Both the position numbers and the translations under genes were made by a program. Below, piece after piece: positions 52,600 to 64,000 of a stretch of 64,000 nt of DNA. The DNA comes from Oikopleura dioica (lineage: Eukaryota > Animalia > Chordata), in NCBI GenBank assembly GCA_907165135.1, contig OU015566.1, forward strand, positions 5,394,001 to 5,458,000, written 5' to 3'. The notes beneath the pieces are model-generated. The model saw only the letters and a program-made list of their open reading frames with translations, did not search any database and was not told where the DNA came from. How positions within the stretch are numbered: the first letter of the stretch is position 1; each line of letters starts with the position of its first letter.

Positions 52600-55500
52600 T
52601 TAGTTTTACTTCCAAATTTCCGAAGTAAAATGTTTTTCGATCTGTTCCTGCGTATATTCCCCGCTTTCAGAAGATAGATGCCGCGGCTTCGGAGTTGGTG
52701 GAGGTGCACCTGAAGTAAAAATGAGTAAACTGGCATTCAATACGGTTGTAGTTTCGTTGTGTCTCTGTTAGTTTGAGCCGCTTATAGATTTTAGATATCC
52801 TTTGGTTAGAAAATCCCCTCACAGTAAGAAAATTAAAGAGCAGTTGAGACAGACTCTTTGCTCTTGCTTTTCGACTTTTTCCGTCGCCGCGATTTCGATC
52901 GTTTACTCCTTCGTCTCAAGTGAGAATACAGTTGTATTTCCCAAAACTGCCCCTTCCGCAAGAACTGTTGAGCCAGACCCGTCGGGTTCAAAAACAGGAC
53001 CGAGAGAAGACTTCAAGTCCATCAAAAAAGGATCACCAGAAGCGATCTTTCTCGGCGACTGAGGCGCAGAAATAATTGACGCTCTGCGGCTAAATTTGCT
53101 CCCTTCGCAAGATTTTTCAAAAATCATGAAATCAAGAAAGATTTTTTCAAAGAAAATTTTTGCGTCCTGTCTTTGAAAATACTCGAGAAACTCACATAGA
53201 GACTTTCCTTTCTCTTGATCAATTTTTTGGTTCTCAAAAGAGGATAATTTTCGTCAATCAAAATTAATTTTAGGGAAAATTAAAGACTATCCCTTTTTCG
53301 CTGAAAAGAATGAGATTTCGAGTGTCTGAGTTTCACTTTCTTCTCCCCCTCTGAATCTCCATTTTCCTCACCTTCTGGTCTTTTCGGCTGATTTTCAAAC
53401 TCTTTTATCGACGACGGCTTAGGCGGACGAATCGGTTTAGGCTTGTTTTCCGAAGAGCCGCGGAACATGTTGTCGAGTTGGCTCGTTATTTCATCGGCGA
53501 GGCTGGTATCCCCCACCCGGGATGATTCCGCGGGCTCGGAGGAGGACTGGACAGGATCTTCTTCCATGAGACCGAATCCTGTATAATCGGTTGTGGCACT
53601 GGGCGATTTAATGGGACGGCGTTGGGATGGGACGGGCTGAGCGACGTGGCTTGCAGTGCCGATGAATTCTGGGGGCTTGGTTCTGATTTTCGTTAAAAAT
53701 GGCTCCATGCGAGGTTATTTACCTGGGACGGGCGGATAAATTCGGAGTTGAAGAATGTAAAATTTGTACTTTTCCGGGCGTTGAAGAGGAATTCAGAGGC
53801 GTGGAATGCAGCGAAATTCCATTTGGCGGAGTTGGTGCTGCCTTCTTTCTAGCTTTTGTTGGGCTTGGATCACTTCTCGTCGGGGGGAGGAAGCCATAGT
53901 CGGAATTTTTGACGTTTTCCTTCTTTTGCTTCTGAGTTTGGAGGAAAGCAGCGCGCTCGGAGAAACCGAAATCGAGGTTTTGATTGCGAAGAAGCGGGTA
54001 GTCCTCATCGGGGAAGAAGTACTGCGCTTGTTCGATCAAGCGCTGGACGAAAAGTGTTCCTAGGCCGGAGGTAGTCGTACTGCCGATCAAAGTCGGAGCC
54101 CAACAGATTGCCAGAGCATGAGCTGTCATAAGGTTTTTCTCGTGATTCTCCATGATTTCCCGGCAAAAGCGGCAGAGATACGCCAAGTTGTAACGGTCAA
54201 AAGTGGCCATTTTCGAGATCAGTTCTGAAATCATGACAAATTGTTCCGACTGATCCAGGATTCCTTCTGCGTGTTGAATTGCGCCAGAATCCATGAAATT
54301 GCGAAGAAGAGGATATTCCAGGTCGCGGAAGAATTGCTTGAGAGCAGACGCCAGCGTCTGATTGCAAGGAGAAAATTCATCTAAATCTGCTTCGTTGTAG
54401 CAGGGCGCGTTGAGGGCGGCGATCAATTGCTTGACCTTGGAAATCGCTCCTGGAAGGCGGAAAATGCCTTGTTCATCCAAACCTTCGTTGCCCAACAACA
54501 AATCGACTAGCACTTCAAGAGGCTTGGCAATGGGCGCTTTTTCGGAACAATTCTCGGAAACGGAATGTAATCGGAACTGCGGCTGAAATTGTTTTAATTC
54601 ATCGTCGAGTTGTGGGACGAGTTCTTCCAACGCCGCCGCAGCTGAAGAATTTTTAGTACTGAAATTCTTCAAAATAGAAATTTGATTGAATTGGAAAGAT
54701 GGTGAACTCAAAAAGTTCACTTTCTTTATAAAAAGGCTTGGCAACCTGAGTCAGGGTTCTCAAACGAAGATGATGCTGAAACCCTGACTCAGGCTTTTCC
54801 ACACAGGATGTCGAATAGATCTATTTCATGGAAATGAAATGATTGCTAGTCGCAATTTGGTTCTTACCTTCTTTGTGGAACATATGCATATTATTCACCA
54901 AAATCCTAAAGTAGTCCCCAACCAGCGCCGTTTTCGCATCAAACTCCAGTAACTCAAGCTTCACTTTTTCCGTGGCGTCGTGAAGTTTGGACTCAGCTGC
55001 ATCCGCGTCGCTTTCAAGATTTCGGATTTTCTCAATATGGTCATCTTCCGTCATTTCTGTTTTTCCAAATAAACCCGAGCTCGTCGCTTTTCCAGTTCGT
55101 CTCAGTTTTTCCACTTCGAAAGAAAGCGTTTTTTTTTTTACTTTTCTCATTTACTTACAGCTTGCTTTGGCGTTTTCCACTTTACCGAGGCTTATTTTGT
55201 GATCTGCCTCGAAAGTCGACAGCTTGGACGCAGCTTTCACCAGCTCCGGAATTTCTTTGGAGGAAACTGGATCCAGTTTATCCTTTCGGAAAGATCGGAA
55301 GAAAAAGTTCAAGAGGTCGTCGGGTCTGACCTGTCTGAAATTCTAAGTCAGGGGCCCTGACTCAGGGCCTGTTTCCTGATTTTTAGACGAGCTCAGGGAC
55401 AAGCTCAAGGCACTTTTCTTCCCCAAATTTTAAAGAGGTACAGTACTCAGGTCAGAGTCTAAAGAACGGTATTTTTCGAGCTAAAGAAACTGAATTTTCT

Positions 55501-56548
55501 GATCTTTTCCTGAACAAGATTTCTGCTCCTAATATGGTGACTCTGCTCCAAATGACCAATTTGCTCCATTTTCTTGCCAATCAATCCCATAATTCGGCCA
55601 AAAGTCTGAATCCGACTCATCTGCTTGAAACAGTGCTGGTCGGCTTTGTCGAAGCCCTAAATTACAAAATTGACAATTACAAAACTAAAAACGAAAAACC
55701 TGTCCAAGGCGGCTGTAAAGAGAGTCATCTGAAGATTTATTTTTGGAGAATTTTGAGAGCGACTCGTTCACGGATTTCAAGCCCTCGCGACAGGAAGCCA
55801 CGTCGTCCAGGATTACTGAAAAAAAGCATGAGTAGTTTGGGCGAATAAACAACTAATAATCATTAATTAATCATTTTATGACCCTGATTTAGCGGTCAGC
55901 GTTGTAAAAAGAATCTTCTTCTAGTCTACTCAGCTGGGAAAAATGGACACAAAAAGGACCCCACAAAGATTGTCCATTAGACCGATCCATATGAGCTTTG
56001 TAAGCCTCCAGCCCCTAACCTGAGTAGAAAAACTGGGTCAGGATTCGCAAGATATTCAAAATCTTGACTCAGGTTTTCTACGAAGGTCGCGATTCGCGAA
56101 ATACAGTTTTTAAATTTTGAGATTGCTCTACTGGTTTCACTGTATTTACAAAAATTTTAAATCTACAAATGTTTATTTGTATAAAGAATCTTTTAATCAG
56201 GAATTTCGATTGATAAGACAATGGAAAGATTCTATCTTTGACTTCTAGCGAATAAGAAATCTTGATGGAAAAATTCATTATTGAGAACAGCACCTCTACG
56301 GTACAGGATCTCAATAACGAATGTTTCCATGAAGCCTTCTTATTGGCTAAAAGGTCAAGAATATAAACTTTCACCCGCGTTACAAATCAGATAACCCGAT
56401 GAAAAAATTCGTAATCGAGCGGAACAGTTGTGGATTTAAATTTTTTCTACTTGTTCTTCATTTCTTTGATACCTTTATAATCTCCAAGCGGATGATCCTT
56501 CCCATCAGCAGCAGCTTTCGCCAGGGCTCTTCTTATTCCTCGCTCCAT
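52600..56548 (-). CDS. BAR-domain RhoGAP (SH3BP1/ARHGAP17/ARHGAP44-like)
   Basis: RhoGAP: GLDEQGIFRLPGA, ASALKQFFRDLEYPL, NLMTAHALAICWAPTL. Helical BAR-like N-terminus and Pro-rich tail. 3' end approximate. Confidence 0.88.
54745..54807. mobile_element. cctgagtcaggg/ccctgactcagg hairpin MITE copy in RhoGAP intron
   Basis: Same arms as 8285-8328. Further copies at 55346-55367 and 56019-56073. Confidence 0.6.
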
Positions 56549-56858
56549 TACTTCTTCTTATTTCTTCTGAATTTCTTTTCTTATTTTCTTTCCTTCTTAC
56601 TCTCTCCTCATCAATTTTCTCGTCCTTGAGCTTCTGAGTCTCTCATTGAAAGCAAAAAATAAAGCGCCAGAGTTTTTTTCCTTTTTTTTGTTTTGCGAAA
56701 AAGAGCCGCCTCCGCCTGGTGAATCACGGTAGTAGTATAGTGTGTAGATAGGCCTTTTCCAAGATCCATGTAGGTCCCATTGGTCAGTTCCTACCTACGC
56801 ATTTTCAAATTGCGCGCCCATTTACTGTCTATTTTTAGAACTGCCAAAGATCACAACA

Positions 56859-57394
56859 ATGACGCAAATCATCCAAAATCAATATCGGCCGATTTCTTCT
56901 GCCGAACACGCAGCAACTGAGCAAGACGTCCGATTTCTCTCGCTCCTAATCCCTGTCGCTAGATGCTGCTATACCTCATTTGAGGCAAGTATATAAATCC
57001 GCAATCGGCATCAATTTTCCTTTAAAAAATGAGTAAACGATGTAATATCCGAAACTGGCCGCCAACAACAAAAATTGTCATTAAATCCGAGCAAGAGCTT
57101 TCAGCTTTTGCTGCAATGTTGTGTAGAGACGAGTTAAAATTTAACTGTATTTTGAGGAATTCAGGCTTCGTTCACCCTCCCTTTGGCGGCCAAGCCTGGA
57201 TAACCCAGACCGGTTACGATTTCATTCAAATCTTAGAATACGGTACATGCTCAAACCCGATGTGCAAAGTAAAGACCGACTTCATCCAGACTATGATTCC
57301 GCGCTCTCTTGACGATCTCCGCAATGTCCATAACAATCGTTATCTGTACATTTTCAAAGCGCTACAAGCAACTCCTCAACATCTTTTACCGTAA
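56859..57394 (+). CDS. Orphan protein
   Basis: ATG after leader tgccaaagatcacaacaa. 121-aa ORF at 57029-57394 is followed by AATAAA. Joining of the two parts is uncertain. Confidence 0.5.
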
Positions 57395-57885
57395 TAAATC
57401 AAACACAAAACTACTGTCCTGGTGTATGAGGTAGCTTTATTTGTACCAAATAGGTACATACCAAGTTCAATCACGAAAAATCTGTTTTTATGGTTTCCAA
57501 AAACTTTCCTTTCAAGATGCTCTGCAGTGCTTGCATTTTGCCATCAAAAGAAAACATGTAATACACAGGTAAGCGAGTAAGGTTATTCATTTTATTTCAT
57601 ATAGTTATTATTCTCCCTTACAATCATCGAGATGTGGTTGTCGTTCATCTTGTTTCATTTTAAAAAGTCATTTTTTGTAGTTTTGTGTGCTCTGTGGAGT
57701 TGTGTGTGTGTGCGTTTGTGCGAGAGTTTGAGGAAAATAAAAACTGGAAAGCATCGCAAGCCTACGCTCGTTGCCGATAAGCTTTGATTCACGTCATCTC
57801 CACTCATTTTTCATTGCAATCGATGTTGCCAAAGTTCAAAACAAACACCCTGTACGACTCTTTGATTTGCCAAAGATCACAACAA

Positions 57886-59226
57886 ATGTGCAAAACTCGG
57901 GTTTGAAGGTAAATTCTCTAGAACTCCTGTTTATATCTTATCAAAAAAAGTAAAAAGCTCAGTTTTATTTTAATCAAAGTAAAGGCGAAAGCGTTTAATG
58001 CGATCGAACAATCGTCCACCAACCCCCCGCCGCGCAGGAACACGGGTAAGCTGACGTTCAACAACAGTTAATAACAAAATAGCAATACTCGCGATATTAT
58101 CGCGAATTCCAACTCGAGCAGCAGGCAAATAACAGCCCGCAACAACCAAACGACGCGAACAACCAGCCGCCAGCTAATGCGGCTCCAAATCAACCAGCAA
58201 CTCCAGCTCGTCGACAAGTGGTAGTCGAGCTTATTCCAAACTCGCCTCGTAATCAACTATTTGGCGACGGGTCACCTGGAGAAGGTTTGAAACGCATTTT
58301 TCAACCCCTTTATTAAGTTTTAAGAACAAGCGCCTACGCCAACTAGCCGACGTAGTTTCGGGACTTTTGTCCAAGATTCTCCCGACGTTGCGCCCTCTGA
58401 AAGTGGAATGGAAGGCAACAACGACTTGCTTATGGGACCGTCCGACGATCGTGGCGCACAGTACCAGGCAATGTCTCGGCGTCGGTGGGCCTTTGGAAAT
58501 AGAACCGATGAAGCTCGAAATGGTAAATTAATAAAACAATAAAAAATGAAAACACATTTAGCCATTCGGGATGACGAGCGCGCAAACGCGCACAAACGCA
58601 CCCAGGTAACTCCGTGGATCAAGAAAAAGAACAAAAAAATTGTTCGGTACTACGCGATTGAAGATTCGGATTCGAGCACTCTCCCCGACACTCCGTCGCC
58701 AATTTTCGAGCCAGTGCCCGAAATAAACACCCCCTCGCCACCAAAACGAGCGAGAAGAAATTTGCTGCAAGAATTCAACCAGGTAGTTCCATCAAAAATT
58801 TTGTAAATAATTCTGTGTAAGGGTCGTCCGGCCGAATCAATTGACGCAGCTATCCCCTTTGTCGAGCGGGAATTTGTACCCGGCAAGTATCTGATCCGGG
58901 TTTACGAAGAAGGACCCCCATTCCTCACGGAGAGAATGTGCAGCGATTCCTACACAACTTCAGGCGCCGCTTATTCCGCATTCCCCTTTAACGCGCCCAG
59001 TAAGAAAATGTTTAAAAACCGTTTTTAACTTTTTTAAGTTCGAGGGCACAATATCAACACCTTAGACGATGCGCTGACCATTCTTCGTGGAATGTTTGAG
59101 AAAGACAACGCAGATCTTGCCAAGCTCAAGCAAGAACTAGAGCAAGGAGAGTTCGTCTGCGTTCTTGAGTTCAAAACTCTGATGATTTGCATTGGAAAAG
59201 CGCTCGTTTTTCCCTGCTTTGAGTAA
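57886..59226 (+). CDS. Orphan multi-exon protein, disordered with SP sites and RxL motif
   Basis: Exons with GT..AG boundaries give QQANNSPQQP..., TPSPPKRARRNLLQEF, ...ICIGKALVFPCFE*. Confidence 0.6.
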
Positions 59227-59893
59227 AAAACAACTGAAACCCTTCTTCAACAGAAGTGAATAAAAGATATATTCGTTAAAAAAAATATTCTTTTGTTTTT
59301 ATAAAAAGAAAAGAATCTCGTTTCAATTATTTTTAAATAACGCAAAAAATTCTAAAATGCAGGCCAAAACCGTTATCAAGCAGCCCTTGTCAGGCGATTA
59401 GCAGAGTAATTAGCAGGCAGATTTTATCAAAATGAACTATTGTTTCCGAATTTCAAGCGGATGCGAGAAACCTACGAAATCGTGATAAGTCATCACGCGA
59501 ACTTCAATTCTCGAAAAAGAGCGGCGGGCGTTTTCCCTTTTTTTCGCAATTTGGAGATTTTTCATTTCGAGATTTTTGAAATTGAGAAATGCAACCTGTC
59601 AGATTATTTGGCGCCGGGCTCGATTAAGAGAATTGCCGTTTGAAAGAGAAACTGTGAGAGAATAATAAAATACAGATATCGGCGCGGCCGTTTCACTGTT
59701 ATTTATCAAAATCGGCGCCTCTAAGACGGCCGGTTTTAGGGAGGAGCACATTCTTATCGATTTTGATTTTAGACCCTGAAGAGGGCAGTATCCATCTGAT
59801 GCCAAGCAAGCGCAGCGCTCGGGAAGAAAACCGGTCTCTTGCTTCACTTCACTCTGCTCGAACTAAAAGAGAAGTGTCACCTGCAAGGTAAAA

Positions 59894-60871
59894 ATGTCGC
59901 CTTTTAATGAGGAAAATAACAACTCGTCAAGTATCACGCCCACAATGACTCCCGCGCCTTCTTCTGTGTCCGACTTTGATCGTGAAGCAGGAGACGAAAC
60001 GCTTTTCGATCTTGGCGCTCAGAAAAAAGTTACTCGTGCGCAATTTCGTCAAATGGCCCTTGGCGTTGGTTACACTGTAAGTAAAATAAAAAAGGAACAA
60101 GTTTTTAAAATAAATAAAGCCCGCGCGATCTTGCCCAACCACCCGGGAAATCTGCTACATTGCGATGGGCGTCGGCCTCGGTTTGTTCCTAGTCCTCCTG
60201 GTGACGTGGCTCTTTCCGTTTTTTACTGGCCGACGATGCATCGCAAACAGCGTCAACGTTGAGGAAGCCGAGTCCCGATTCAATCATGTTCAAAGCCCTC
60301 AACTCCCCACCGTTCGCACCCGCCGACGACGCTCTCTCGGTAATTTTTTAAAGTGTAAAAGCAAAGTTTAAAAACCTTATTAGAAACGCTCGACGACGAC
60401 GAGTCCGACGATTTCGATGTGTTGATGCGGGAAGTCGAAGAGCTCCGAACTGCAGCCCGCGAAAATGTTTCAACAACAAGGGACCGCCTTTTGGAGGTCC
60501 TTTCGCGCCAAGACCCACGTAAGTAATAGCGCCACTCGCACATCTTGCGCTAACGCCATTGGCTTAAAATAATATTTAGCGACGTATGCGGAAACTCTTC
60601 GTGGCAGCGGCGATGGGCGCGAAGAGAACGAGACCTTGTTCATGACCGCCCGAGAATATGCAACCTCGTCGACCGAAACCCTCGTTCCCGCCACGACCGC
60701 TCAGCCCGTAGCTGACACTACAATGACGATGTCGGGTAAGAAATGTTTTTTTTTTTTTTGGCCAAAATCAAAAATAAATCTTTAGAGCTTGAGCGAGGCA
60801 GCGGCGAAGGCGGATCTGGTGAGACAAACGAACGGGCTGCCGGTGATGGTGCGGCTGTCGACATTCTCTAA
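59894..60871 (+). CDS. Orphan type II membrane protein with furin site and Ser-Gly motifs
   Basis: TM IAMGVGLGLFLVLLVTWLFPFF, RTRRRR/SL, GSGDG and GSGEGGSGE. Five exons. Confidence 0.65.
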
Positions 60872-61294
60872 AGCTCATTCGGCTCAAGGAAAGCTTTCTT
60901 GAATTGTTGTACCCCTTATTATAAAAAAGTGCATTGATAAATTATTCAACGCATGTAAAAAACGCTTACGCTTTATTTCGCTCGTAAACACAGATAAGTA
61001 AATACCTCCATAAGTTCCATTGTTATTCGCCCAACCCCGCAAATGCAAAATTTGTTTCTTTTATTTATGTGCCACTTACCAAACGTATCACCGCTATTAT
61101 TCCAGAGCTTTACCGACCTTTTTAAAACCTTTCCCCCTTATGGCAACTGTTTCGATTTTTTATACCATTTGCGTTATAGGAGCTACAGATACATTTACAA
61201 AGCTCTTATTTTCCCGTTTTATGCCTTATTATCTGTGCAACCCTAAATTATCCCCGCTTGCATGTCTGTTTATGCCGACAATAAATGTTTAAGA

Positions 61295-62083
61295 ATGAAC
61301 AATCCGTTTGGAAATGTCGATTTGGATACCACCCACGACGAGCTCATAGAAACGATTATTGAAGAGCCGACGGATGAGCCGAGCGCAAGTCGGCGTAGCG
61401 TCGAAAATGAACGGGTAATAATTGCAAGTGCAATTTTGAAATCAAATAGATTATTAGCACATAAATCTAAATAATATGCCGCCCGCTTGACAAAGTCGAT
61501 TAAAAAACCCTATTTAGACCGACGAACAAACGCTGCGTGGCACAAATGCGTCGGGGCAAACACGCGATATTCGCATTCCTCGTCAACGACGGGTAAGTCT
61601 TGAAAACTTGCAGCAATTGAATAATTTTATGTTTAGTTCGAGACTTTGCCAATCAAAGAACCCGCGACCAATTTCAAAGAAAGAGAAAAGCAAACCCACC
61701 TCAAGGGTCTTTCTGATCTGAGTGGCCTCGAGCTGCACAATTTCAATCCGAGAGAACAGCTGGGTGTTTTTGGCGAAAATGTGCCCAGCGCGGCTCTTCG
61801 ACGAAATCTTCGCGGCCGAGCTCCCTACATTGTGGTCGAAACAGTGCGACGGTTTTCTATTCGGGGGTATGTCGGTTCTCTTTCTGGCTGCTTGACTTCA
61901 ACTGATGAAGTGCCAATATGCTTTGTCACAGGAGCGGTGTTGACCGAAATCGCCATTTAACAGAGCGGACTCGATCAACACTGCTAAAGGAAAACTTGAT
62001 CATCGCCGCGCCGTTAACATCCGTCAAGATTACTACCATGACGATGCGATTGACAAGAATCTCGGTCATAATCAGTTTCTCTG
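61295..62083 (+). CDS. Orphan multi-exon protein (possible 1-nt frameshift at ~61957)
   Basis: MNNPFGNVDLD... with GT-AG introns and a long exon 61637-62083. Confidence 0.5.
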
Positions 62084-62171
62084 AACTCGCCTGTGCCCGC
62101 TCAGATTTTCGTTTATTTATTGATTATCTTGGAGCAAGGAAAATTTTTGTTAACGGGTAATTTCTTAAGAC

Positions 62172-62965
62172 ATGACTCCAACAAAGCGCCGAAGCGTTCG
62201 ACGCCCTGTGAGCACCCCTGAGCCGACAAAAACTGGGCTTAAGCTCAGTCGAAAAACCATGGCTTTGACTCCTATCCCGCGAATGTAAGTGTAAAAATTA
62301 TTATGCTAGTAATACCATCAAAATTAAGGCCCCAGCCGTGCTTCAAGAAAACAATGGTGGGACACAAGCGGCGATTTGTCAAGGCATGCCGACGTAACAC
62401 CCAGCAAGCGATTTCAAGCGTTGCGTCAATGGCGACCCATTACGCTGCGCCATTTGTTGCTGGAAGTCGCCGAGCAGGAGGTAATTAAAAACTAGAAGAA
62501 TTCAATTCAATACTGTTCCAGGCAAGCGACGACGAAGCGGTGGCTCTCCTCAACACTCTCCCCCACGCAAAAAGTCCGTTCAGAAGCATCTGAAGAAAGT
62601 GGGCGTTTTGATGAAAGACGCGTTCAACGCCGCCCAAAGTAAGTTCTGTCAAAAAAACTGAATGCCTGTTAAACATGGATCTTTTAGACTTTGCAAATAG
62701 TCCAAAAGCTATTTGCCTTGGAGGGCAGATCGGCGATTACGAAGGTTACGTCTCGCTCAAGCACACTCCCTGCCAGCTTTCCTTTAAAAAGCCGCCCGCA
62801 TTCAAGGCGCCCAAGCTCAACTTCGATGGCACCGTGACATCTCGACGACGCGGTGGCGAGCGTGTCAAGGTTCCCGGCAGCGGAACTCTTATGAAGGCCA
62901 AAAACATCATCGAGCTAGGTAAAGAAAAGTCAAAATGCACACAATTTACGCAGAATTTAGATTAA
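62172..62965 (+). CDS. Orphan basic protein
   Basis: MTPTKRRSVRRP..., GKRRRSGGSPQHSPPRKK, ...GTLMKAKNIIEL. Four GT-AG introns. Confidence 0.55.
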
Positions 62966-63161
62966 AACTCCGCTTCGAATCGCCGCAGCCGGCATTTGTT
63001 TACATCTTTGACGAGCGCTTTTTTCCTGCCAACCATTGTTTTGAACTTTGGCACATCTTTTGTTTTTTACTCCATATTGAAACCTGCTCCTCGCTGCTCG
63101 CCTTTAACGCTGTTTTACGAATAGAGACACAAAAATATTATTTTCATTTGTTTGTTTTTAG

Positions 63162-64000
63162 ATGGCCAGAACAAAAGCCGATCTACTCAAAAAAAGACAG
63201 GAGAGTTCGGCTGATAGAGAGACTAGGCGAAAACAAGGTAGCGTATCGCTGTGTATTTCTCCTGTTAATCGTTCTTCAGCTTTTGAGGCGTACAACAACA
63301 TTGTGCGCGTACAATCCAACGGAATGATGGCGGCGAGAAAGCGAAGTGCGCCCCTCCTTTCATCAGGTAAGAGCTTACATCAAGTTTTTTTTTGTGCTTA
63401 AAAAAAGATTGATCTAGCCTCTTATAGATTCAGAGGCAGAGGGTGATCTCCTCATCGACGAGGCAGCCGCCGGAGAGGAAGTTGCTGGCACAACTGGCCA
63501 AGATGAACCTGCCACGAAACCTGCTGGTAAAGCCTTAGTCGCAGCTAGCCGTACTTTGGAAGGTCTTAAGTCTGTAGAAAAGGACGCGGACGAGAGCGCG
63601 AAAAAGAAAAAAGCCAAGGAGGACAAAATCGACGGCGGGGCAAAAGAAGTGCCAACTTCGAAAAAGAAGAAAAAGAAAATCTCGGCTGGCGAAGAACCTC
63701 CAAAGAAAAAAACCAAGTCGGCAAAAGCTCTTAAGAAGCGGGCAAACGAGACGGAAGACAGTGATGAAGATCAGACCCCGTCAGCGCGTAAAAAGACCAA
63801 ACGAGTTCGCCGAAAAATCGTGCCCAAGTCGTACATTACGCAAATCGAGTGGCAACGAGATATCCAAGATTTCACAAACGACAAAGCCGCTCATATCTCC
63901 GACAGCGTTTACACAAACCATCCAGATTCAGCCAAGACTGTCGTAGTCAAATCTGGCGCTTCCACGGTTTTGCCTCGTAGCGACTTGCCCGAACCGAGCC
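63162..64000 (+). CDS. Orphan Lys-rich nuclear-type protein starting MARTK (histone H3-tail-like), partial
   Basis: MARTKADLLKK...AARKRSAP. Next exon is open from 63428 to the window end with poly-Lys NLS-like tracts. Confidence 0.65.

Larger units (their letters stand above)
56731..64000 (+). mobile_element. Putative large integrated element (Maverick/Polinton- or virus-like) carrying spliced orphan genes, right end outside window
   Basis: Begins AGTAGTAT ~180 bp upstream of the RhoGAP ATG. All following genes are + strand orphans with CpG-rich exons and A-rich introns. No hallmark gene in the window. Confidence 0.4.

Noticed and set aside
3033-55445. Scattered TACTGTA/TACAGTA as window-wide transposon footprints
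   Set aside because: My rough count is close to the expectation for this base composition. Only the 39153 case has an internal control.
63162-64000. Histone H3 or CENP-A variant gene
   Set aside because: Only short tail-like motifs match and no histone fold appears in the ~250 codons visible.
1-64000. tRNA, rRNA or spliced-leader RNA genes
   Set aside because: None recognised by eye. A tRNAscan-SE/Infernal run would be needed to exclude them.

Overview
Compact eukaryotic genomic DNA with dense genes, 40-70 nt introns and many GA-AG/GC-AG splice sites. This style suggests the larvacean tunicate Oikopleura dioica (inferred, not verified). Host genes: a Cys-rich secreted protein (partial), an SLC6 transporter, two tandem connexins, a CUB-MAM-LDLa surface protein, a VWA-EGF-CUB secreted protein, a glycine-receptor-like channel lacking both Cys-loop cysteines, a tandem kinase/papain-like-protease fusion, a 2-O-sulfotransferase with candidate alternative first exons, an SLC5 transporter, a triple-repeat orphan, a small secreted peptide, a PLA2-like secreted protein, two tandem Glu-less astacin-EGF-vWA genes, two tandem orphan genes and a BAR-RhoGAP. 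Mobile DNA: a very young 1.83 kb non-autonomous LTR element, several foldback/MITE elements (one potentially spliceable as a new GG-AG intron), and from ~56.73 kb a block of same-strand orphan genes that begins with a Maverick/Polinton-like AGTAGT and includes a protein with histone H3-tail-like motifs. Gene models were spliced by eye and some boundaries are approximate. Several 1-nt homopolymer frameshifts may be assembly errors.
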